Source of the DNA: Octopus vulgaris
Lineage: Eukaryota
Assembly: GCA_951406725.2 (NCBI GenBank)
Contig: OX597817.1
Location: 36,828,001-36,892,000, forward strand
Reading direction: 5' to 3'
Length of the DNA: 64,000 nt
Part shown: positions 1 through 11,558 of the stretch, piece after piece
Layout of the letters: each line of letters begins with the position of its first letter
Numbering within the stretch: position 1 is the first letter of the stretch
Notes under the pieces: model-generated
What the model was told of the DNA's origin: nothing
Database searches by the model: none
What the model saw: the letters and a program-made list of their open reading frames with translations, nothing else
Position numbers and translations under genes: made by a program

Positions 1-604
1 TATTAGACGCATCTAATTTCCGAATACTTGAAAAAGAATTTCAGGTTTCTGAAGCTATCTTTCGTTACTTGTTTACATATCATAATACAGTTTTTAAACA
101 CACTCACTCCTGTGGCTCTATATCCATATAGAAGACCACATCATTGCAGTACTACTCAGTAGTATTAACTACCGTAGAATGTTGCAATGATCGCCCTTGC
201 TTCTTTAAATTTCCTATACCTTAAGATGACCTAGTATCTGAAATCATTAAAAGTATGTATGAATAAAACGAATGCAATATAAAATAGTTTTAACTTCAAG
301 ATCTTTCTTTTAGTTACTGTTTTCCCTCAGTACTGGCTTGATTCGACAGATGGGTGATCAAACGATAATCCACAACCATCCCTTCCATTTTTTAAGATAT
401 AATATATCCTGGATTGTATTACCATGGATATACACACACGCGTCTGCTTTCATTTATAATGCAACAGAGTGTTACCTGATGGAGGTTTTATTGTTATAAA
501 TCCTCATCATCTGGATGATCAGACTTAATCGAGTTCTTCCTGATACAATTTGGCTTAAAACATTTTTTAAGTTACCCATTTTATATAGTATTATGGCCAT
601 TGTT

Positions 605-810
605 TTGCTCCAGATTGGTTCTAATCAAACAAACTTATTCTTAAAGATATTCCGGTTGTGAATATCCTGTCATTTTACATACTCCGGACTACATTGTCTT
701 TTCTTGGACAACATTATATTTTCCTCTTTTAAACTGCAGGGCGTGATTTGAGAGAACTAGGCTCTTATTTCTAGCAAATCAAGTGATGGCACAGAAGATC
801 CCTTGTTGAC
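605..810 (-). repeat. Old dispersed repeat (family E here), probably an ancient SINE-like element
   Basis: Motif GTGATTTGAG(G/A)GA.(T/A)TGGCTGCTATTTCTAGCA..TCAAG recurs in degenerate form at ~745-790, 16080-16140, 20985-21060 (opposite strand), 32275-32340, 45895-45960, 50465-50520, 50695-50745, 51115-51160, 52870-52930; opposite-strand ends look like GACCTGGGGCTAAACAAC (1350, 53300-53350). Boundaries and sense strand approximate. Confidence 0.45.
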
Positions 811-1464
811 TTTTCTCGTTGATGTGGATGCTTCTTCCCATGAAGTAGTTAATTTACCAATTTATATGATGAGGATAAATTCCTTCAGTGAAGACTTAAT
901 CTGGTAAATGTTATAATTTTATCTTCAATCTGACAGTAAGCACTTTAGAGAATAGAAACTTGAAAGAAATGTATTCTGGAATGCAGCTTTGAATATCTTT
1001 AATACCTTCCACGAGCCATTAGTGCAGATTTACAAAGGTTAACAATATAAATATACATTTCGTAGTGACATTTGTGTCGCTGTAATGAATCGGGTACATC
1101 ATTAACACTTCTAATGTGGCAAACGAATTATGGAGATAAGATGGACCTTTTAAACATAGTTACGCATGCTAGCAACAAATAGATATACGTTAAAACCGAA
1201 AGATATATGGTGCGAATCCACCATATTTCAGCAATATACCATTTTGTCTTTGTGGTGGATACTCTGCGTTACACTATCTATCATACTTAGCACGTGATCG
1301 GACACGAAATCCAGATCTAAATCTATTTGCAAGGAGGAACTAGACAATTGACCTGGGGCTGCACATCAATAACTCATCTGCTAACTATTCCAAACATAAA
1401 TTACAGTAGACGGACTGTACTCATAGAAAATTTACACGGCAGAAATACAGTATAGTAGCATTAT

Positions 1465-1879
1465 ATAGTCGAGCTGGCAGAAACGTTTGCATGCCGGGCG
1501 AAATGCTTAGCAGTATTTCGTCTGCCGCTACGTTCTGTGTTCAAATTCTGCCAAGGTCGACTTTGTCTTTCATCCTTTCAGAATCGATTAAATAAGTACC
1601 AGTTACGCACTAGGGTCGATGTAATCGACTTTATCCGTTTGTTTGTCCTTGTTTGTCCCCTCTGTGTTTAGCCCCTTGTGGGTAGTAAAGAAATAGGTAT
1701 TTAGTCTGCCGTCACGTTCTGAGTTCAAATTCCGCCGAGGTCGACTTTGCATTTCATCCTTTCGGGTTCGATAAATTAAGTACCAGTTACGCACTGGGGT
1801 CGATGTAATCGACTTTATCCCTTCGTCTGTCCTTGCTTGTCCCCTCTATGTTTAGCCCCTTGTGGGCAGTAAAGAAATA
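1465..1879 (+). mobile_element. SINE family A (tRNA-like head), dimeric copy with target-site duplication
   Basis: Head GAGCTGGCAGAAACGTT.GC, B-box-like GTTCAAATTC, body duplicated (1500-1700 and 1700-1879), tail TTTAGCCCCTTGTGGG.AGTAAAGAAATA; flanked by ~24-bp direct repeat AGAAATACAGTATAGTAGCATTAT (1441-1464) / AGAAATACAGTGTAGTGGCATTAT (1880-1903). Many copies in window. Confidence 0.85.
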
Positions 1880-2949
1880 AGAAATACAGTGTAGTGGCAT
1901 TATGTCACAAAAACAGGTGCTTCTCAACCAGAATCTACCATACATGCCTGAGAGAGAAGGACGATAACGTAACTGTACATTAAGAAATCTTTCCTTGTAG
2001 TTTCAACAGAACTGCCGTTGTTACTTGTTTATAATTCGTAAAATGAACTGCATCAGATAAGAAAGAACATATAGAGCAGTGTATGTTGATTTTTAAAATT
2101 AAGGAATTGAGACAAGAAACTACAACATTTGCGACAAATTTAAAAAAAAAACACTGCTAACAACGTTGTCATCTGGCTGAAGATAGCTTTCAATCAAAAT
2201 ATGAGCAAGTGGTCCATGTCGTGCCTTTTGATGGTATGTGGTCGAGTAGATCTCACTGGTTGCAAGACATGCAAAACTGAAAGGCACTTACGAGTTTTCT
2301 GTGAAGAACTCGAAAGATTGAAAATAAAGAAAGCAACACCAGAAATGGGGCTGTTTCTAGAACACCTTTGCCACGTTTTCTGATTTTATCTCGGAACCTT
2401 CCAAGGAATCGAAAACGCCTCTCCCGGTCATAACTAGTAGCGCCACCTCATTGTCTTGCGTTAAAGAAAAGACGTAAAGCAGGTTGGAGAAGTTGCTTGC
2501 TGTAGATTGCAGGAAGGACAAGAAAAGGTAAAAGATATGGAAAAAGAAAGAATACATTACAGAAAAGGGCAAATTAGAAAGGGTAAACTGGACCGTCAGC
2601 CCCACGGTAATGCTGTCAATTCTTCACAATACAAAGAACTGATAGAATTACTAAACAAACGGAAGGAAGACAAACGGTATAGCAATGTATTGAGTGAGGA
2701 AGGAATTGACTACGATTTTATGGACAATACGAATAAGAGACTTCTAATGAAACTACAGGTGCAGTCTACTTACTGAGTAATTTCATACTGGATCTGAAGA
2801 ATATCCTGCTCAGTCCAATACCAAAAATAATTACGAGCACTTTCGAAAATAGCAATTTCCATGCGTCCCAGTAAGCTGATTTAGATTTATGTAGTTGATG
2901 GGTTTTACCTCTCTATGCGTTGGTAGCCCTAAATATACTTCAATATTTT

Positions 2950-3250
2950 TGGTAGTTGGGGTATTCGGTTCACGATCAGAAGGTCTTGAGTTCAATTCCT
3001 GGCGAGGTGTTGTGTACTTGAGTAAGATACTTTATTTCCCATTGCTTCAGTTCACTCAGCTGGCAAAAATGAGTAGTACTTGGGTTTTAAAGAGCCGGCA
3101 CTGTATCACGCTGCATCTCCCTGAGAATTACGTTAAGGAGTACGCGTGTTTATGAAGTGCTCAGCCACTTGCACGTTAATTTCACGAGCAAGTTGTTCCG
3201 TCGATCAGATCAACTGGAATCCTCGTCGTCGTAACCAACGGAGTGCCAAT
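2950..3250 (+). mobile_element. SINE, family-D-like head/core joined to family-C-type tail
   Basis: GAGTTCAATTCC B-box, core GTGTTGTGTACTTGAGTAAGATACTTTATTTC (as at 15345-15380), then tail CTCCCTGAGAATTACGTTAAGG...CACTTGCACGTTAATTTCACGAGCA...CTCGTCGTCGTAACC shared with 24066-24451 and 60063-60440. Confidence 0.7.
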
Positions 3251-3874
3251 AATATTTTATGTTGTGCTATTTATTGAATTCAATTTTATATCTGAGTGTC
3301 TATTGAATGTTTAGTTCGTTCATTGTATAACGTCTTTAGCTCACTCCTCGTTTTTTTCTTTTAATGTGTTTGATTTTAAGTAAGAGACAGTGTAAATAAG
3401 CGTCACAGAAAATGAATTGTGATATTTCTTCTTGCTCTATACATTCTGAGTTCTAATCTCACCGAAGGCAACTTTACCTTTGTTTTCTCTAGCGTTGATA
3501 AAATAAAGTGCCCGTCTGGTACTGAAGTTGGTAGTATTGACCAAAAATTCCTTTCAGAATTGTTGGATTTGAACTTAAAGGAAAAACCATGGTAGTGGTG
3601 ATAGTTGTAATAGAAGGGTTCATGTTTGTAGCTAATGCAAAGCTGCTGTAGTTGTACTTCATCTAAGTCAGTGTCAATTATACTCAAAAGATTTCTAGAT
3701 TATGGAGAGATTTCTGATAAAATGTAACAAGAAGTATAGTCTCAATGTGTTCTTCCTTTATAAAAGCATTTTAAATAAGTATTTACAGAGGATTGTGCTG
3801 TTATTTCAAACAGATCTATCGACGGCACCGAGGAATAACTCTTGGCTCAATCCTAGCAGCAGCACAGTATTGGT

Positions 3875-4464
3875 TTTCTTTTACTTGTTTCCGTCATTAG
3901 CCTGTGGCCATGTCGGGGCACCGCTGGTCAATTTTAACGAACCGCTAAGTTACAAAGAGCAAAACACACCAACACTAGTTAAGCTGTGGTGGGGTCACAA
4001 AGACACACTCACTCACACACACACATACACACACACGGTGGGCTTCTTTCAGTTTCCGTTTACCAAATCCACTCACAGGGCTTTGGTCCTGAGGCTATAG
4101 TAGTAGGCCTTAAATGCTACGCAGTAGAATTGGGTACTACTTGAGAACAGTGGTCCCAGCGCGGGCACTTGAGTAGTCGCGCATCCGGGCTATCTAGTCA
4201 TGACTTGTTCCTTACTTTGTGTTTTTGTGTGTTATTTACTTTGTTTAACAAAAATTATTTTGAGCAAAAGAATTATTTATTTTGTGTTTTATTTACTTTG
4301 CTAGGTAGTCGTTGTAGGATCGACTAGTCATGACTAGCTAGCGCGGATGCGCGGCTACGCGAGCGCGCGCACCGGGACCACTGTTTTCAAGTAGTACCGT
4401 AGAATTGAACCTGAAGCCATTTGGTCAGGAAGCAAAGTTCTTACCACACAGCCAGCTTGCACCT
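3875..4464 (-). mobile_element. SINE family B copy interrupted by a MITE
   Basis: Reverse complement matches family B (63626-64000): CTTCTTTCAGTTTCCGTTTACCAAATCCACTCACA, GAGGCTATAGTAG, CTTACCACACAGCC; continuity broken at 4133-4398. Confidence 0.8.
4133..4398. mobile_element. MITE with long TIRs and 9-bp TSD (Merlin- or Mutator-like)
   Basis: TIRs GGTACTACTTGAGAACAGTGGTCCC... / ...GGGACCACTGTTTTCAAGTAGTACC (imperfect pairing extends ~80 bp); perfect 9-bp duplication GTAGAATTG at 4124-4132 and 4399-4407. GG termini plus 9-bp TSD fit Merlin or MULE. Confidence 0.85.
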
Positions 4465-4964
4465 TTAAAGTTGTTGCAACATTGTTCCAGCAATCTGTAT
4501 TAAGGTTGTTTCTGTTGTTTAGCTATATGTCAACTCTTCAGCAGAGCAGGTATGCGATAGTGATGACAAGCATTCCTACCATGACATTCTCGCCTTTCTC
4601 TTATGCATTCTTGTATCTCAAGATTTCAAACAGGCTAGGTGTCATTTCTAGTAGACTCACTGACATCGTAGACGTTATATATTTTGCATAGGCTAAAGTT
4701 TATAAAAGCAATATGTGCTGTTGTGAGGTTCATGCACGATGCTCTATTTTATCGATGTATTTGAAGAGAAATAGCCGCAATGATAATAGGGCTGGAAGCA
4801 CTGCTGCTGCTACTACTAGGTTTTCAACTAATGTTCAAAGTCACTGTTTTTGTTTTCTACGGGGAAATGGAGACGAATATGTGGTGGGAAAGCATTTTTT
4901 AAAGGAAATAAAGGAATAAGCAATGTGAACTTAGTTCAACTAATTATCGAAACAGACTGATAGT

Positions 4965-5215
4965 CTTACTGCTACAACTACTGCTGCTACAACTACTGCT
5001 GCGTCCATAGTAGTAGTTGTAGCAGCAGTAGTAGCTTCGATTGGTCCAGAAGCAGCAGTTGCAGTAGTAGTATTGCCTGCAACGGCTGTTGTAGCAGTGT
5101 AAGTTTGGCAATACAATAGCAACAAGGGCGCGGCTACCAACTACAGCAGCAGTAGTAGCAGCTGTAGAAATAGTAGTAGTAGTAGTCGTAGTAGTAGTGA
5201 TAACAGCTGTATAGT
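4965..5215. repeat. Degenerate trinucleotide repeats (CTA/CTG then GTA/GCA)
   Basis: CTGCTACAACTACTGCTG... followed by GTAGTAGTTGTAGCAGCAGTAG... seen directly. Confidence 0.8.
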
Positions 5216-6449
5216 GTTAGTATCTATTTATTTATATTCATCGATCGCACATTGGAATATTGCCGAGTTTATAATGGATATTGAACAAGTTCGTGAGTTC
5301 GAATCAGCTGCAGGCATTTCCTTGTCTTTACTGGACAGGACACTATATATTATTGCTTTGGTTCAACAATATGTCGGAAATAACGTAGCGATCTGATTCT
5401 CTGGAGGCAAGAGGTGGACAGTTTGGTTGATAGCCTACTAACATATTCTAAATCAAAAATAATGTTAAACAGTCGACTCCAAAGACACATACATTTACAC
5501 AAACACACAGGTATTCATCCTTATGTTTTTACAGTAAAGTACCGATATATTCATTGATAGTCAAGAAAAAAAAATCGCTTATTCTGTTGCCCTCTTTCTT
5601 CCAATACTTTATAACTGCCAGCATCCTGTATTCTCGATAAGATAAAGAAATATTTTATCGTGCATCAACGCAGACCGTTGTTAAGTTTTCTCGAATTCTA
5701 TTTCATTTAGAAGTGGTTAGAGGCACGCTTGGTGACAGCATCGGTAAAATAGTGGTTTTCATATTAGCTGTCACGACAGCCTTAAGTGTTGTGCATAGTA
5801 ACTAGGGTTGACACGAGATTTTGAATTTAAATACCACAATTGACAAAAATATCCAATAAGGGTGACATGCACTTTAAGTATAGCGAGATAGGGTGACGAG
5901 GTTACAGAAATGTTGGCAACCAACGCAGAAGAGTTTGACGAAATGTATTCTAGTATATGGTAATATCATTTAACGCCCTAGGTTCATATCATTAAATCAT
6001 AAACGGTGTCAAAGTTGAAATGCCATCCTCCAGGACCATACAAATGAATAGCAATCGAGAGCTGGAGTCGATTAAATCTATCATATTATATCTCTCTCTT
6101 AAATGTATGCAATTTTGCACCAATGATAATATCGATCACTATATTCTGAGTTCTAATACAACCAAAATGAACTTTGCTTTTCACCTTTTCAAGTTCAATG
6201 AAATAATAGATCAGTGAAGTATTGGAATCGATGGTATCGAATACATTCCTCTCCTCAAAACTGTAAACACTTTGCCTAAAGAAAAACAATTATTTGTTAA
6301 AGAGCAATCAATAGCAGAAACAGTAGAAATAGTAATACTAAGATCTAATCCTATAAGGGGTAGCGTTGTTGTATATCAAGCCTTCTAAAGACAATAAAAT
6401 AGATAAAACATTACCTATGCCAATATTATTTTCTAACATAGAAAAAGCT

Positions 6450-6630
6450 GGCACTTACTTGGTTACGACAAGGGTTCCAGTTGATCTGATAAACGGAACA
6501 GACAACTCGTGAAATTAACGTGCAAGTGGTTGAGCATGCCTCAAACGCACATACCATTAACGTAGTTCTCGGTGAGATTCGGAGTGGCACAGAATGATAC
6601 AAGCCTGGCCTTTTGAAATACAGGTAGTAT
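6450..6630 (-). mobile_element. SINE family C/D 3' tail fragment
   Basis: GGTTACGAC.AGGGTTCCAGTTGATC...GTGAAATTAACGTGCAAGTGG...TTAACGTAGTTCTC is the reverse complement of the tail at 24300-24440. Confidence 0.75.
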
Positions 6631-6642
6631 CTGTATACTCGA

Positions 6643-8204
6643 TTTTTTATTAGCCACAAGGGCCCGAAATAGGCGGGGGGCAAAAAGGACAGATAGGACA
6701 CCACAGAGGACACCCACATAGAACGAATATGAATGAGATGATTATACAACAATGGGGTTATGAATGGTTGCATGCGCCCCTCATCACATGCAGTACCATT
6801 AAGCTTTTTTTTTACAGTCCATTTTTATCATGTTACATACCATTGCAAGTATTTGAACCGTTGTATACATTCTCTAAAATTGTTCTATTTTTCAATATTT
6901 TTTAAACATAACATGAAACATTTTACTCTTTCTTTTTTTCCTTCCTTTTTTTCTTGTCAATTTAACAATACCTATTTTCTTTTTAGTAGAACTTCATCAA
7001 TGGTTCAATTTCTACTAAATCCACTACTGGTAGCAATTCTTTGAATTCCACCCTTACTCCTGGTGGGTCAATACTATCTCCACACATTTCTTCCAGTTTC
7101 TTGTAATTTTCCTTTTCGATCACTATCGCCTTCATATCCTCTGCATATATGTATGATGGTACTTTCACTCTTACTATTTGATTAAACTTGTTTCTCTGTT
7201 TCTACATTCTTTGGGTACGTCACATACTCCATACTCCATTTCCTCCTTGTATGTTCATTCCTTTATTTTGAACTCTTCGTTCTCTCTTTTCTTCCTCCAC
7301 TCCAAATAGCCTCTCCATCTCCTCTTCGGCCAATTGAATTTCTGAATCCTTTTCCAACTGAACAACTGGTATCTTTACTTGTAGCTCCACGTTCTTTTTA
7401 CTTTCTTTCTCTGTCACCCTTTTGTCTTCCTTCCTGCTGACCTCCTTCACAGTTTCTTTTCTCCTATCTTCTCTCTTCTTTTTCTGTTTCTCTGGCGGAG
7501 AACCTATCCCTCCGCTCCTCCTTTTTTTTACCACAGTAAAATCATCCTGTTTCCTTTGTTCCGACCTGTTCTACCTGGTCTACACTCTCTTGTCTCTCCA
7601 CCTGCTTTGCTTGTTGCTTTTTCTGGGTGCACCATGCCTTCATGTGGCCCTTCTCTCCACATTTAAAACACAGGCGACCTGCCCTCTACCTTCGTTCTTA
7701 ATCTCGCGTCGTCTGGTAGTACTATCTCTTCCGCTATCATGTTCAAATCCTCTACTGTTGCTGGATAGTGAGTTCGATCCCATGTTCCCAGTAGTTGAGT
7801 TTCTTCATTCTTGTGGCCTTCAATATCTTGACCCCATTCTTCATATTGAACATTTTGGCTGTCATGAGCCATGCCTCTTCTAGTTCTGGGGGTAGTTGGC
7901 CTACTCGCACTCTAGCCACACGTTTGCCGCAGTACGACGGCAAAAGTATCCACTCCTTCGATCTTATTGCTTCTGTTGCGTGTTTGATTGCCTCCTCCTC
8001 TCACATAAAGCGCCACGGTGGCATACCTCCTTCTTTAGTATCTGTATACTCATGTTTGCCGCGCGCACTACATGTTTGTAACCAAGGCGTAACAAGCGGG
8101 AACTGATGTAGCCGACCGGCGCGAAAACTTACGTTTATGCCTAGGGTGGGTGGTGTTACCTCCCACTCAAAAGATTTTTGCACACACGACATTACTTTTG
8201 GCGG

Positions 8205-8207
<3 letters not shown>
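6643..8207 (-). pseudogene. Frameshifted gag/ORF1-like gene with CCHC zinc knuckle in an ORF1-only non-LTR-type element
   Basis: Joining minus-strand frames gives ...EEEAIKHATEAIRSKEWILLPSYCGKRVARVRVGQLPPELEEAWLM...GIELTIQ / ATVEDLNMIAEEIVLPDDARLRTKVEGRSPV / CFKCGEKGHMKAWC (CX2CX4HX4C, 7670-7629) / ...FTVVKKRRSGG (K/E-rich) ... MKVPSYIYAED...PLMKFY* (6983). Then a UTR with hairpin and A-rich end at 6643; no RT follows. Confidence 0.7.
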
Positions 8208-8670
<463 letters not shown>

Positions 8671-11022
8671 ATGGACCTAGTGTTTAGTAACCACACTAAC
8701 ACTATACATAACGTTACAGTGGAAAAAACCCTTCTTTCAGACCATGACATGGTTCTCTGTAACATGAAATTCCACCAGCCGAAAGCTAATCCTAGTGACC
8801 TTCCTCCAGCCCACCCATTTGACAACATGGATCTCCATAAAGCCAACTGGGATGCAATCAGGAACGAGCTATCAAATGTTGACTGGTCCTTTACACATAC
8901 ACATATCTCCACCAACCATAAAACATCTTGGCAGATCTTTGTAGACACCGTCACAGACATATGTGCAAAACACTCCCCACCAAGACCTGTGAACAAAAAG
9001 TGCAGAATCCCCCAAAACAGAAAAACCATTATCAGAAAAATAAAAAGAACAAACAAAAAAATTAACAAACTAAAGTACTGCCAACAGCAACACACACATT
9101 CGACGGCTATCGCACTGCTTGAATCCAAAAAATATAACCTCCAACAATGCATGAAGTCCCTCATCAATAACCAAAGATCAGCTGAGGAGAAGTGGGCCAT
9201 TGAAAAAATCAAACTCAACCCCAAAGTGTTCTTTTCATTTGCGAGGAAACGCAGGGTCACTGTCTCCACTGTAGGCCCTCTAATTGACGAAACTGGCACT
9301 CTCCAAGATAATGCCAAATCCATGGCCGAGATACTGCAGAAACAATACTGCTCTGTTTTCAGCAATCCTGATATGGCCGATCTGGGCTGTATCAGTGATG
9401 TCAACCCCCAACACACTATATCGGACATAACGTTTAGTGCCCCTGATGTCTTAGCGGCGATAAACGAAATAAAACACAATTCAGCAGTAGGCCCCGATAG
9501 GTTCTCTGCTTGTGTCCTGAAGGTGTGTCGACACCAACTTGCATCTCCCCTTGCTAATCTGTGGAGAAACTCACTGGATGCTGGCTATATTCCAAAAAAC
9601 CTTCTGTCCCAGTCTGTTGTCCCAGTTTTCAAAAAGGGAAACAAGTCCCTTGCAGTGAATTACCGTCCGATCTCACTCACCTCTCATATCATCAAGGTAT
9701 TTGAGAGGGTGGTGAGATCTCAAATAACCCAATTTCTGGAAAGCAACAGACGGCTGATCTCCAACCAACATGGGTTCCGTAATGGAAGGGACTGCCTAAC
9801 GCAGCTCCTGCATCACTTTGAGGACATTTTGAGAGCTTTGGGAGAGGGCTCCAACACCGATGTCATCTACCTTGATTTCAGTAAGGCCTTCGACAGGGTC
9901 GATCACAAGATCCTATTGAAAAAACTATCCAACATTGGTGTCTCTGGAAAGTTACTGAAATGGATTAAGTGTTTCCTGACAGACAGATCTCAACATGTTG
10001 TAGTTGAAGGGGTAAAATCAAGCCCAGCCAAAGTCAGTAGTGGCGTTCCGCAAGGCACTGTGCTGGGCCCACTTCTTTTCATCATTTACATTAATGACAT
10101 TAATGACATCATCAAGCACAGCAACATAAAAATCTTTGCAGATGACTCCAAGCTACAGAAGGTCATAAATGAGGCGAGTGACCGGACATGCCTTCAGTCA
10201 GATCTACTGGCTGTTATCCAATGGGCAGAAAAAAACAATATGCTGCTGAACGAGGATAAATTTGAGCTAATCCACTTTGGAAAAGAGGATGCCCTGAAAC
10301 TCCCATACTCCCTTCCTTCAGGTGAAACTCTCGTGGCGTCCAACAACATCAGAGACTTGGGAGTAATTGTGGACAACAACGTAAGCTGGGCCACTCATAT
10401 AAACACCAAAGTTGACATGGCCCGCAGAATGTGTTCCTGGATTCTCAGAACTTTCCAGTCGAGAGATATCCACACCATTATCCTTCTCTTCTCCACTTTT
10501 GCCCGACCCCACCTTGAATACTGTTGTCCACTGTGGTCTCCCCACACAATACAAGGTATCATAAAAGTCGAAGCACCTCAAAGGGCAATCACAAAAAAGA
10601 TAGATGGCATGACAGGCCTCGACTATTGGGGTCGACTAGAAAAGCTAAAACTCTATTCTCTCCAACGTCGTCGTGAGCGCTACATCATCTGCATGATGTG
10701 GAAAATATTCCATCAGCATTGCCCAAATGATGTTGGCATCACCTTTAAGGTACATCCAAGGCTTGGGCCCCGTGCCATCCGCCCAAAACAAAAATCGCAC
10801 TCTCATCTCATAACAACAATACGGCACAATTATTTCACCTCAATTGGCCCCGCTCTCTTTAACATTACACCAAAACACATTAAAACAGAAACTGACCCTA
10901 TAGGGTTCAAGAAGTCTTTGGACAGATTCCTTCAAGAAATCCCGGATAAACCCCCTACACCCGGATATGTCTCTGTAAACAATAACTCTCTACTTGAGTG
11001 GGCCATAGTGCCCAAATTCTGA
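8671..11022 (+). CDS. LINE ORF2: C-terminal part of AP endonuclease + reverse transcriptase (N-truncated)
   Basis: APE end motifs DLVFSN and SDH; RT motifs [37 protein letters not shown]; CR1-type C-terminus [32 protein letters not shown]. The ORF-track portion 8137-8670 is microsatellite read-through. Confidence 0.92.
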   Translation: MDLVFSNHTNTIHNVTVEKTLLSDHDMVLCNMKFHQPKANPSDLPPAHPFDNMDLHKANWDAIRNELSNVDWSFTHTHISTNHKTSWQIFVDTVTDICAKHSPPRPVNKKCRIPQNRKTIIRKIKRTNKKINKLKYCQQQHTHSTAIALLESKKYNLQQCMKSLINNQRSAEEKWAIEKIKLNPKVFFSFARKRRVTVSTVGPLIDETGTLQDNAKSMAEILQKQYCSVFSNPDMADLGCISDVNPQHTISDITFSAPDVLAAINEIKHNSAVGPDRFSACVLKVCRHQLASPLANLWRNSLDAGYIPKNLLSQSVVPVFKKGNKSLAVNYRPISLTSHIIKVFERVVRSQITQFLESNRRLISNQHGFRNGRDCLTQLLHHFEDILRALGEGSNTDVIYLDFSKAFDRVDHKILLKKLSNIGVSGKLLKWIKCFLTDRSQHVVVEGVKSSPAKVSSGVPQGTVLGPLLFIIYINDINDIIKHSNIKIFADDSKLQKVINEASDRTCLQSDLLAVIQWAEKNNMLLNEDKFELIHFGKEDALKLPYSLPSGETLVASNNIRDLGVIVDNNVSWATHINTKVDMARRMCSWILRTFQSRDIHTIILLFSTFARPHLEYCCPLWSPHTIQGIIKVEAPQRAITKKIDGMTGLDYWGRLEKLKLYSLQRRRERYIICMMWKIFHQHCPNDVGITFKVHPRLGPRAIRPKQKSHSHLITTIRHNYFTSIGPALFNITPKHIKTETDPIGFKKSLDRFLQEIPDKPPTPGYVSVNNNSLLEWAIVPKF

Positions 11023-11110
11023 CTTGAAAGACTTCACCAGGTGGTGCTATTAAGTTAGACATGGCCTGGGCCAATAATGGCCGAAACCTATCAAAGTATC
11101 AAAGTAAAGT
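8671..11110 (+). mobile_element. 5'-truncated CR1-group LINE (LINE A)
   Basis: ORF2 uninterrupted 8671-11022, short 3' UTR with hairpins, tandem tail TATCAAAG-TATCAAAG-TAAAGT ending at 11110; flanked by (TA)n both sides. Confidence 0.92.

Positions 11111-11556
<446 letters not shown>

Positions 11557-11558
<2 letters not shown>

Noticed and set aside
6763-6800. Hairpin containing TGATGA as SECIS or hammerhead
   Set aside because: Lacks SECIS GA-quartet geometry with apical AA and lacks the hammerhead GAAA; kept only as generic 3' UTR hairpin.
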